Numbered from the stretch's first letter, positions 1 through 7,371 are shown. The stretch is DNA of 16,736 nt from Acidobacteriota bacterium (GCA_040005235.1 JBDTZG010000089.1:1-16736); one strand, 5' to 3'. Made by a program: numbers and translations. Notes: generated from the sequence alone by a model not told the origin.

Positions 1-119
1 CGCCGCCACGGCGTCGGCATTGACAGATGGTGGCCTTCTCATGGAAGGGATCTGGGTGGGCGGGCGGCCTTGAATCCCGCCGCCACTCTCGGTTAACGGG
101 CAGCCCCGCCGGCCCAAAC

Positions 120-440
120 TCAACTACCGATGAAATGCGCGACGCCAGGCTTGGGCGATTCGAGGGCTTTCAGAAGAGCCGGAATGAGGGGCTTCAAATC
201 GGCGAGCCGGTTGGTGCGCGCCCGAAGGACGATGACCGCGATCGGGAAGGCAACGAGGTTCTGCTGGAACGACAGGTTTCGGTCGACCGTCACAAAGACA
301 TCGAACTGTTGTGCCGCCAAGGCCAGCAGCTCGCCGTTCTTGATCGTCGCCCAGCCCATTTTCCCTGCGGTTTTGACCTCGTGACCGAGGATATGCCTCG
401 ACAGCCGCCAATCGATGCACTCGTCGATCAGAACTCTCAC
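120..440 (-). CDS. DUF5615 / VapC45-like PIN-domain putative toxin
   Basis: 106 aa starting MRVLIDECI, with D-x-E-LL-like 'NGELL' and 'FVTVDRNL' motifs typical of the short PIN-like family. The ATG overlaps the stop of the upstream DUF433 gene (ATGA, 437-440). Confidence 0.88.
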   Translation of the reverse strand: MRVLIDECIDWRLSRHILGHEVKTAGKMGWATIKNGELLALAAQQFDVFVTVDRNLSFQQNLVAFPIAVIVLRARTNRLADLKPLIPALLKALESPKPGVAHFIGS

Positions 441-649
441 GAGGCTTTGGCGACCAGCAGATCTTTCGCCTCCTCAAGGAAGGCGATCACCTGCTCCCGA
501 GCCACCGTCGGGAAGCCTTCGAGAAAATCGTCGATTGACTCGCCTGCCTCGATATAGTCGAGCGCGGTCTGGATAGGCACACGCGTACCGGCGAATACCG
601 CGGTTCCGCCCATCACGTCAGGGCTGCAAGAAATGGTCGGTAGCTTCAT
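437..649 (-). CDS. DUF433 / VapB45-like putative antitoxin
   Basis: 70 aa with the DUF433 signature 'PDVMGGTAVFAGTRVPI...G.SIDDFLEGFPTV.REQV'. Translationally coupled to the PIN gene. Confidence 0.92.
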   Translation of the reverse strand: MKLPTISCSPDVMGGTAVFAGTRVPIQTALDYIEAGESIDDFLEGFPTVAREQVIAFLEEAKDLLVAKAS

Positions 650-685
650 GGGTGAAGATTAGCGCCGTCCGGCGGGCAGACGCAA
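650..685 (-). promoter_or_regulatory. sigma70-like promoter, probably giving a leaderless mRNA for the DUF433-PIN operon
   Basis: Minus strand reads TTGCGT (685-680), 18 nt, TAATCT (661-656), 6 nt, ATG (649). No Shine-Dalgarno before the ATG. Confidence 0.5.
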
Positions 686-689
686 ACCC

Positions 690-705
690 ATTGAGCATGC
701 TCAAT
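690..705. promoter_or_regulatory. perfect 16-bp palindrome, putative operator
   Basis: ATTGAGCATGCTCAAT is its own reverse complement and lies almost centrally between the divergent starts at 649 and 751. Confidence 0.6.
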
Positions 706-750
706 TTACCAGCCTGGTTCGTGGAGCATCCTTGCGCTTAGAATGTCGTC

Positions 751-1164
751 ATGACGATAGAGCTACCCGAAGCCGTCGAAGAGAGCCTGCGAGAACTTGC
801 CGCCAGGCAGAGCCGAGATATCCCCTTTCTCGTGAAGGAAGCCGTTCGTGATTACGTTGAGGCCGCCCGGATCACCGACCTGACCAGCGCAGAGGTTGCC
901 GAGGCTCAGCTCGCCCTGCTCGGCGACCTCAAGGGAATTTCGGAGAGGAAGGACGGCAGTGACCTCGAGCGGCTGGCCGTCGAGCGGGAACCGAACTCTG
1001 GCGGCGCCGCAATTCTGAGGAGAGTCGAGGCCCTGAACGAACGGTTTGGGGGAGGCTTCGCTTTTGAGCCTGCGCGCCTCGATTTCAAGCCGGCGGAGCC
1101 TTTCGCACGAAAAAAGCAAGCCAAGAATAGCCCTTGGAAATCCTTGACGTCACCGCTTCCCTAG
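751..1164 (+). CDS. CopG/ribbon-helix-helix antitoxin-like protein with C-terminal extension
   Basis: The N-terminus MTIELPEAVEESLRELAARQSRDIPFLVKEAVRDYVE fits the RHH strand-helix-helix pattern. TAGAAT (739-744) lies 6 nt before the ATG, suggesting a leaderless start. No toxin gene follows. Confidence 0.65.
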   Translation: MTIELPEAVEESLRELAARQSRDIPFLVKEAVRDYVEAARITDLTSAEVAEAQLALLGDLKGISERKDGSDLERLAVEREPNSGGAAILRRVEALNERFGGGFAFEPARLDFKPAEPFARKKQAKNSPWKSLTSPLP

Positions 1165-1219
1165 AAGTGCCAAGCGTCGAGGGAGAACCCAAAGTCGCTA
1201 GTCATACACCATTTCGGCA

Positions 1220-1783
1220 CTACTGTAACGCCCATTCATTGATCCTCCAGCCATCATCAAAAAGAATGAACTCAGCCCTTCCGACGCCATTTCTTGGAGC
1301 ATTAGCCAAGCCCAACACTTCTCCAAATCCCGTAAACTCTTCCGTCCACGAAAACGTGGCGACCCGAGTCTCACCCACGGATGCAATGCCTGTAACTCCA
1401 GAAATCTTGAATCTAGAAACAATCACTTCGTACCCACCTATAGGGGAATCCTGCGCCAGCGCCGCACCTGAGCTTGTAAGAGAAAGGCTCAACTTCATAA
1501 AGGTCATAGAGCTAGAGATCCTACTTTTCTCGGCCGTCAACGACTCAACCTTTACAAGCCCCAACGCTCTCGCGCGAGCCAGGCCTGGGACGGTACCAAG
1601 AAAGACCGCGGGGGCGGCATCCTCAGAATTAACATCTCGCTCGTAATGGGTGAAGTATCTTTCCCTTCTTGGATTCTGATCAAGGGCTTGCTGAATTATC
1701 ACACTGGCCTGATCTCGAGACAGTCCTTTTCCACACCCCAACAGAAGGAAAGCTGTGATGGTCACCAGGCAAAGGTTCTTCAT
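1220..1783 (-). CDS. hypothetical lipoprotein
   Basis: 187 aa with signal peptide MKNLCLVTITAFLLLG-C (lipobox LLGC). GAGAGGGGG lies upstream. The C-terminal 'AEFILFDDGWRI' is typical of NTF2-like/DUF4878-type folds. Visibly more AT-rich than the flanks. Confidence 0.75.
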   Translation of the reverse strand: MKNLCLVTITAFLLLGCGKGLSRDQASVIIQQALDQNPRRERYFTHYERDVNSEDAAPAVFLGTVPGLARARALGLVKVESLTAEKSRISSSMTFMKLSLSLTSSGAALAQDSPIGGYEVIVSRFKISGVTGIASVGETRVATFSWTEEFTGFGEVLGLANAPRNGVGRAEFILFDDGWRINEWALQ

Positions 1784-1921
1784 GAGGATACCCCCTCTCT
1801 AAAGAGATAAATATCGGCGATGATACCCGATAAAGTGGTCGCCGAACTATTGCGCGACTTTGGTCAGCCGCCAATTGGATCAGCATTGGAGTTTTCACCC
1901 CAACGAAAAACGCCTCCCCCC

Positions 1922-1951
1922 TTGACACCGCCCCCACCCCAAGCGTAGCGT
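1922..1951 (+). promoter_or_regulatory. sigma70-like promoter upstream of 21-bp array 1
   Basis: Consensus TTGACA (1922-1927), 18 nt, TAGCGT (1946-1951), pointing into the array and the gene at 2500. Confidence 0.5.
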
Positions 1952-2017
1952 TTCGTCCGTCATGTCCCCGTTCCGTCTCTCCGCGATGCGGGGGGCTCCG
2001 GGGGAGTCGCTGGCGCT

Positions 2018-2366
2018 TTCCGTGATTCGATGGGTGTTGTCCGTCGCTTCGCGCAAACCGCTCGCCCATTCCTCCAGCCTGTCCGCCTTTTTCTGGAAGC
2101 CCTCTGCGGCTTCGCGGACGCCGTGCGCGATACGGCGGACCGTTTCCGCGGACACGCAATTCAAATCCGCGAATCGGTGGACGGCTTTCCTGAATCAGCG
2201 GACGGCGTTCGCCGATCGCTGGAAGCCTTCCACCGGTTGCCGGACGCTGTTCAACTCTTCCTGGAAGCTCTCCGACGTTCGCCGGATGCCTTTCGACAAC
2301 CGGCGGATGCCTTCCGCCGATCGCTGGAAGGCGTCCGTGGATCGTCGCGGGCCTTCCACGGATCGA
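2018..2366. repeat. tandem array of 16 complete plus 1 partial degenerate, imperfectly palindromic 21-bp units (array 1)
   Basis: Units start at 2018+21k with no indels, e.g. 2081 gtccgcctttttctggaagcc, 2165 atccgcgaatcggtggacggc, 2207 gttcgccgatcgctggaagcc, 2270 ctccgacgttcgccggatgcc, 2312 ttccgccgatcgctggaaggc. T at position 2 in 15/16 units, C at position 4 in 15/16, GGA at positions 15-17 in 11/16. An exact 16-mer cgccgatcgctggaag occurs at 2210 and 2315. Confidence 0.9.
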
Positions 2367-2499
2367 TTTTTCTTCCTGCCGATCGCCCCTCGGCCACCGC
2401 CGACGCCCACGGATGATCCCGCTTCCCCTGTCCGCAACTCGCCCCGTGTCACCGCTCGGCGCGTGGCGCGTCGAGCCTCATTCAAAAGGAGATACGACC

Positions 2500-2895
2500 G
2501 TGTCCTATAGCAACTTTGCCTCGTCCCTTCTCTCCTGCGGCGACCTGCTCGCGGGTTTGCAACAGAACCGAGAGGAGCTTCCCTTCCTCGCCGACGCGAC
2601 GGATCGCCTGGCCGCGAGCGTCACCGAAATGCGGGATCTGGAATCGCGCAAACAGCAGCTCCAGTCCGAGCTGGCGATGGCGACCCATCGCCGTCAAGAG
2701 CTCGAAGTGGCGAGCGTCGACGAACACCGCCGGCTCGTTCGCATTCTGCAGGGGCATTTCACCCTTTACTCCGACCGCCTGCGGGAGTTCGGGCTGCGTC
2801 CGCGGACGAAGTCGGCGCGCAAATCCGCCACGCCCGCGCCGACCCCGCCTAAACCGGCGCCGATGAGCCCGGCAGTTGCCGAGGCCGAGGCGTAA
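2500..2895 (+). CDS. small alpha-helical/coiled-coil hypothetical protein (131 aa) with 'LREFGLRP' motif and basic, Pro/Ala-rich tail
   Basis: AGGAG (2487-2491) precedes GTG at 2500, in frame with ORF 2413..2895. Amphipathic helices are followed by FGLRPRTKSARKS and TPAPTPPKPAP. Confidence 0.8.
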   Translation: MSYSNFASSLLSCGDLLAGLQQNREELPFLADATDRLAASVTEMRDLESRKQQLQSELAMATHRRQELEVASVDEHRRLVRILQGHFTLYSDRLREFGLRPRTKSARKSATPAPTPPKPAPMSPAVAEAEA

Positions 2896-2915
2896 GGGGA
2901 ACTACGTTTAGGGAT

Positions 2916-2946
2916 ATAGGGGCGGCAGCGCGGCGGCCGCCCCTAT
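2916..2946. terminator. hairpin between convergent genes, putative bidirectional terminator
   Basis: ATAGGGGCGGC (2916-2926) pairs with GCCGCCCCTAT (2936-2946) as an 11-bp stem, followed by GTTTCT on the + strand. Confidence 0.55.
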
Positions 2947-5372
2947 GTTTCTGAACCGCTTGGAGGCAATCCCGGAACGGCATCCCACCTCACCGGCACC
3001 GCTCGGCGGCGATAGCCCCAGAGGCCGTCGAGGCGCTCGGTTCCTGTGGTTTTTTCGAGCCCCTCGGCGACCATGCGGAAGGCTTCGACCACTCCCGGGA
3101 CGACCAGGATGTGGCCGTTGTCGTCGCGCGGCATCTGCCAGCGGAAATCTTGCAGCGACCCCAGCTCCAGCATCGCTTCGCGCAGCTCGACGTACAGCGC
3201 GCCGAGCCGGGCGGTGAGTGCCGCGAGGCCGCAGGTGGCGAAGAACGAATAGGGCTCGATCCGGTCGATCGCAGAGAGAAGCTCTTGCTCGCCCTCGCAG
3301 CGGAAGACCTGTGCGGAAAGATCTTCCCGGTCGGTCCGCGCGGTGGTCACGATCGCTCCAGGGCGGACGTCCACGAAGCCGCCGGTCGCGAGGTGAAAGT
3401 CGCGGAAATCCGCGAGCGTTCCGCCGTTTCCCCTCGCGTGGCTCTTTTCGATGTGGCCGGCGATCCGATCGGTGCCGTCGAACAGGATTTCAAACGGCGC
3501 AACGAAGAATCCCGTGCGCACGAACGTGACTCCGTCCCTTTCGAAGACGATCGGCGAGCCGAGCGAGGGGATCGCCCAGACGGCCTCCAGCGCGCGGCGG
3601 AAGATTCGGCTCTGCGCCTGGTTCTTCTTGGGAAACAGCCCGCCATGGCGCCCGGGGTTCAAGACCGCGAGATCCTCTTCCGTGTCCGCGCCGACGAGGA
3701 TCTGCATCTCGCGGGCGAGGTCGGGCAACGGCCAATGGGCGAGATCCTCGAAGGTAAGCGGCTTGGACCGTTCGAGCAGGAAGCGCTCCGGATCGAAGCG
3801 GTCGAGATCGACGTAGGGGTCGATCGCGTCGATGTCCACCGTGCGCAACCGATGGAGCAAGATCAGCAGCGACAGGGCGTGCAGCTCTCCCTGGTGCTTG
3901 GCCGAGCCGAGATCTTGGAGCGCCATCGGTTCGAGGCCCGAAACCTGCGCCGCGAGCAGCGGCGGCTGATTCAGCAGGTCGAACACCTGGCGCGAGTTGT
4001 CGGTCTCGGTGTAATAGCAGACGTTGTTCTCGGAAGCGGGAAACCAGGGGGCGTTGCCGTCGTCGCCCAGCACTCCCACCGAGGCGAGGACTAGGGCCAG
4101 CTCGGAGGCACTCGCCACCCGCATCGTCCGATAGAGCGCGTCGGCGTTGGCGACGCTGAAGAAGCCGTTTTCGCCGCTCCGGATCGAATAGGCCGGACGC
4201 AGCGGCTCTCCCGCTTCGAAGCGCGCGCGTTCGGCAGGGGGATTTTCGAGCGGGACGGTGAGCGGCGGCGCCACGCGCACCATGTGGCGCACGGGTTTGC
4301 CGTCCGAACCGATTCTTTGGGCTCCTGGGAAGATCTCCTCCGCGGCATCGTGGATCAGGTGAGACGGCCGGGCGTGGAGCGGAATCGGCTCGCGCAGGCG
4401 GACCTCGTCGATGCCGATCGCGGCGGCGGTGATCAGGATCTTCAAGCCGAGCTGGCCGTACTCGTGGGCCAGCTCCTCGGCGAAGCGCTGCTTGTCGACC
4501 AGGAATTCGTCTTTTGCGCTGTGGGCGAAGCCGAGGCGGATGCTCCGCCGTTTGCCGCTTTCCGCCGAGCTCTCGTCGTACATCCCGCCGACCGCCGTGG
4601 TGTGGGCGATCAACACCTCGTCGGCCAAGCCGCGGACCTCGGCGAGGTCATCGCGAAAGGACCGGACGAACGCCTCCTGCAGTTCCTCCCCCGCGTCGGC
4701 GGACGACTCGTCGAGGTGGCTAACCACCTGCCGCAGATGGTCCTGATGGTAGGCGATCAGGCTCGGTATCGGGATGCCCAAGGTGACCGAACGGAAGTGC
4801 CCCAGGGGCTGACCCTCGAAATGCTTTTCGAGGTAGCCGCGAAGAAAAGTCGCCACCGGCCGCGCCGCGCCGATTGCTTCGAGCAGCGTCGCGATCGGTT
4901 TTTGGCCGCCGCCGGCCGCCAGCTTTTCGATGAACGAATGGACGAAGGCGCGGCGCTCGTCGATCGCCACGTCTTGGATCGCGCCGAGACCCGGCAGCAC
5001 GTTCAGCCGGAACCGCTCGAAGGCGACGAACACGCCGCTCGCGGTGAGATACCCGGCTCCGACCTTCCTTGGATGAAGCGCTTCGCCGTGACGCGTCTCG
5101 ACGTAGCGGAACAGGCGCCGGGTGAAGGCCCGGATGTCGTCCCGGCCCAGGCCCGTCGCCAGCAGGATCGGCACGTCGTCCGCTCCGGGGGTGGCGACCG
5201 TCATCATCTCTTCGTACATCGAGAGCATTTGGAGCAAAGCCGTGCCGCCCACCGCCCCGGTACCGCCGATGATCGCGTGAAGATCCCGCCACCGTTGCCC
5301 CGAACGCGCAGCCTGGGCCAGGCGCGGGCCAAGCCGCTGCTTCTTGTAGCTTCGAGTCATAGAGGAGGGCAA
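2943..5372 (-). CDS. large uncharacterised cytoplasmic protein with N-terminal Rossmann-like (GxxGxxG) motif, putative NAD(P)-binding enzyme
   Basis: 809-aa ORF with globular composition. 'HAIIGGTGAVGG' follows a beta-strand near the N-terminus. Start is TTG 5372 or ATG 5360, only 24 nt downstream of the anti-sigma stop. Confidence 0.8.
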   Translation of the reverse strand: MPSSMTRSYKKQRLGPRLAQAARSGQRWRDLHAIIGGTGAVGGTALLQMLSMYEEMMTVATPGADDVPILLATGLGRDDIRAFTRRLFRYVETRHGEALHPRKVGAGYLTASGVFVAFERFRLNVLPGLGAIQDVAIDERRAFVHSFIEKLAAGGGQKPIATLLEAIGAARPVATFLRGYLEKHFEGQPLGHFRSVTLGIPIPSLIAYHQDHLRQVVSHLDESSADAGEELQEAFVRSFRDDLAEVRGLADEVLIAHTTAVGGMYDESSAESGKRRSIRLGFAHSAKDEFLVDKQRFAEELAHEYGQLGLKILITAAAIGIDEVRLREPIPLHARPSHLIHDAAEEIFPGAQRIGSDGKPVRHMVRVAPPLTVPLENPPAERARFEAGEPLRPAYSIRSGENGFFSVANADALYRTMRVASASELALVLASVGVLGDDGNAPWFPASENNVCYYTETDNSRQVFDLLNQPPLLAAQVSGLEPMALQDLGSAKHQGELHALSLLILLHRLRTVDIDAIDPYVDLDRFDPERFLLERSKPLTFEDLAHWPLPDLAREMQILVGADTEEDLAVLNPGRHGGLFPKKNQAQSRIFRRALEAVWAIPSLGSPIVFERDGVTFVRTGFFVAPFEILFDGTDRIAGHIEKSHARGNGGTLADFRDFHLATGGFVDVRPGAIVTTARTDREDLSAQVFRCEGEQELLSAIDRIEPYSFFATCGLAALTARLGALYVELREAMLELGSLQDFRWQMPRDDNGHILVVPGVVEAFRMVAEGLEKTTGTERLDGLWGYRRRAVPVRWDAVPGLPPSGSET

Positions 5373-5396
5373 CGTACTTCTCGCAACGGTTGCGCG

Positions 5397-6194
5397 TCAA
5401 GGCGTCAGCCGAAACTTGAGCGGCGGAGAGCCCGCGAGCCGCTTTCCCGAGGCGTCCTTTGCCTCGACCGACCAGGCGTAGACCACCGCAGTCTGCAGCT
5501 TCGTTACCGCCGCCGCGGGGAGGGTAAGCGGCGAGGCCTTCGCCTCGCCGCTCCAGATCTCTACGCCGAGCGGATCGACGATCCGCGCGCGGTAGGAGGC
5601 GGCCCCCGCGACCGCTTCCCATTCGAGCGCGGAGGGCGCCTTGGGCTGCTCCCCTTCCGGGCCGCGCAGTAGGACGGCCGAGCCGCGGTGGATCTCGGCT
5701 CCCTGCGGCGGAGGGGGAAGCGCCGGCAGGTCGCGCTGGCGCAGCTCGATCGCCAAGCCGATTCCCAGCGCGAGCAGCGCCGCCAGGGCGAGACCCCATC
5801 CCGCAAAGGATCGGCCCGGCCGGCGCGCCGGCAGGCTCTGCGGCACGACGACCGGCTCGATCCTCTGCGCCGTACGGCCGACCGGAAACGCCACGACGTT
5901 ACTGCGCACGGGAGGCGCCTGCTTGCCTTGAGCCTCTTCGATCCGCCCGACGACGAAGGCCAAATCCTCGTCCGAGACGTCGCCGGCATCGAAGGGGAGA
6001 TCCCACCGGCCGGCCAGATCGCGCTCCGCCGCGCAGGCCGGGCAGGACGCGGCGTGGGCTTCGATGCGCTGCCGTTGCGCCGCCGGCAGCTTCACCCACT
6101 CGGCTTCGAGGAACAGCTCGGGCGCCGGGCACCCTTCCTTGAACGCTCCGCACAGGTGGTCGGCGAACGTTTCTTCCCGAGGGTCACGGCTCAT
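5397..6194 (-). CDS. zinc-finger (zf-HC2/ZAS) transmembrane anti-sigma factor-like protein
   Basis: HxxxCxxC motif (HAASCPAC) preceded by CP; one TM helix (WGLALAALLALGIGLAI); C-terminal beta-rich domain (LEWEAVAGAASYRARI...YAWSVEA). ATGA overlap with the sigma gene stop. Confidence 0.85.
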   Translation of the reverse strand: MSRDPREETFADHLCGAFKEGCPAPELFLEAEWVKLPAAQRQRIEAHAASCPACAAERDLAGRWDLPFDAGDVSDEDLAFVVGRIEEAQGKQAPPVRSNVVAFPVGRTAQRIEPVVVPQSLPARRPGRSFAGWGLALAALLALGIGLAIELRQRDLPALPPPPQGAEIHRGSAVLLRGPEGEQPKAPSALEWEAVAGAASYRARIVDPLGVEIWSGEAKASPLTLPAAAVTKLQTAVVYAWSVEAKDASGKRLAGSPPLKFRLTP

Positions 6195-6790
6195 GACGCG
6201 CTCCTTCCGGCGTGCCCCGCCTCGCGGCGGGCGAAACCCCCTTTGAGCTTGCGCAGGGCGCTCACGATATAGGCCTTGGCACCGGATTTATTGGTCAGGC
6301 CGAGCACGGCGCCGATCCGGGGGAGGGTCAAGCCGTGTATGTAATGAAGGATCAAAACCCGCGACTCCAGCGGCTCGAGGTCGTTCGTCACCGCCTCGCG
6401 CAGCCGGGCGTGAATCTCAGCGGCTTCGAGGTCGTCCGAGATCGCGGGCAGCTCGTCCGCCACCTCGGGCGCGTTTTCCTCGTCGAGCGACTGGGTCTTC
6501 CGGCGCGACTGGTACTCGGCGCGGTTGAGCGCGACGCTCCGGGTCACCTGATAGAGCCAGGTCGAAAAGCGGCTGTCGCCGCGGAACGAGTCGAGCCGCG
6601 AATGGATGCGCAGGAACACGTCCTGCGCGATGTCCGCCGCCTCTTCGCGATCCCCCGCGATCCGCAGGCACCAGGCGGCGACCTTCGGGCGGTAGCGCCG
6701 GTAGAGCTCGCCGAAGCAGGCGTCGGCGAGACCCGGCTCGCGCCGCGCTCGGGTGATCAGCTCCTCATCGCTCGCCTGGCCGAAGCTCAA
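6191..6790 (-). CDS. ECF (sigma-70 group 4) RNA polymerase sigma factor
   Basis: Region 2 motif 'AADIAQDVFLRIHSRLDSFRGDSRFSTWLYQVTRS' and region 4 HTH 'LHYIHGLTLPRIGAVLG'. Start placed at TTG 6790 because GGAG lies upstream; the ORF-track extension to 6940 is low-complexity. Confidence 0.93.
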   Translation of the reverse strand: MSFGQASDEELITRARREPGLADACFGELYRRYRPKVAAWCLRIAGDREEAADIAQDVFLRIHSRLDSFRGDSRFSTWLYQVTRSVALNRAEYQSRRKTQSLDEENAPEVADELPAISDDLEAAEIHARLREAVTNDLEPLESRVLILHYIHGLTLPRIGAVLGLTNKSGAKAYIVSALRKLKGGFARREAGHAGRSAS

Positions 6791-7221
6791 GCTTGGTCTC
6801 CGCGACGGCTGACCGGTTCGTTGGAGGGAAGGGGCATCGGCGTGATCGGATCGACAGTAGCGGGATCTCCGCCGGGGACGACCCGGCCGCCCCTGAAGCC
6901 TACTCGAAGAACGCGGCGCGGAGGGAGATAGGGGGAGCATAGGTCCTAGGACAGCCCGGCGCCCTCAGCGGAACAGGATTCTTGCGGCCGTCCGGCGTCG
7001 AGGTGGAAACCGCAGAAATCAGGTCAAAAAAGGCACCCTTTTTGCCCGGACCTAGCGAAATGTCGACCGCCAAAGCGGCAATAGAAGGATCCTGAAACTT
7101 TCTGAAGCAATGGGGTCCAGTTCTGGGGCGCCGGCAGCACTATCGCTATTGAGGATCCCGTACGTCTTTACGATCGGGGCGTGCACTTGTCGCCCACTTC
7201 CGATCCGCTTTTGCACTTTTC

Positions 7222-7242
7222 CCGGAAACGCACCGTTTCCGG
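7222..7242. promoter_or_regulatory. perfect inverted repeat in the sigma/PHI-1 divergent intergenic region
   Basis: CCGGAAACG-cac-CGTTTCCGG, 9-bp arms. Confidence 0.35.
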
Positions 7243-7371
7243 TGGGTCGTCTTGGAATCGAGCTCGCTGCCTCGATCCCGCCGCTCGTCCGGGTCTCGAT
7301 CCTCATCGGGAGGGTCGGTCCTTTGGGGGCGGCGCCCAGATTCAGCGAAAATTGTGTGGAGGATTGGTCGA

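Noticed and set aside
1-42. Possible start of a minus-strand gene running off the left edge (ATG at 42 or 20)
   Set aside because: Only 14 codons or fewer are visible, with no clear RBS or recognisable motif.
2018-2366. Array 1 (and array 2) as a CRISPR or TIGR array
   Set aside because: There is no invariant repeat with unique 30-40 nt spacers, the period is only 21 nt, and no cas or Nop-domain gene is present in the window.
3111-5799. Long ORFs 3111..4094(+), 4284..5672(+), 4720..5799(-)
   Set aside because: Antisense or alternative-frame shadows of the 809-aa and anti-sigma genes, Arg/Gly/Pro-rich and expected at high GC.
6791-6940. N-terminal extension of the sigma factor, and similar extensions to 8949, 9706, 10906, 14051, 16447
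   Set aside because: Low-complexity extensions; better starts with Shine-Dalgarno sequences exist downstream.
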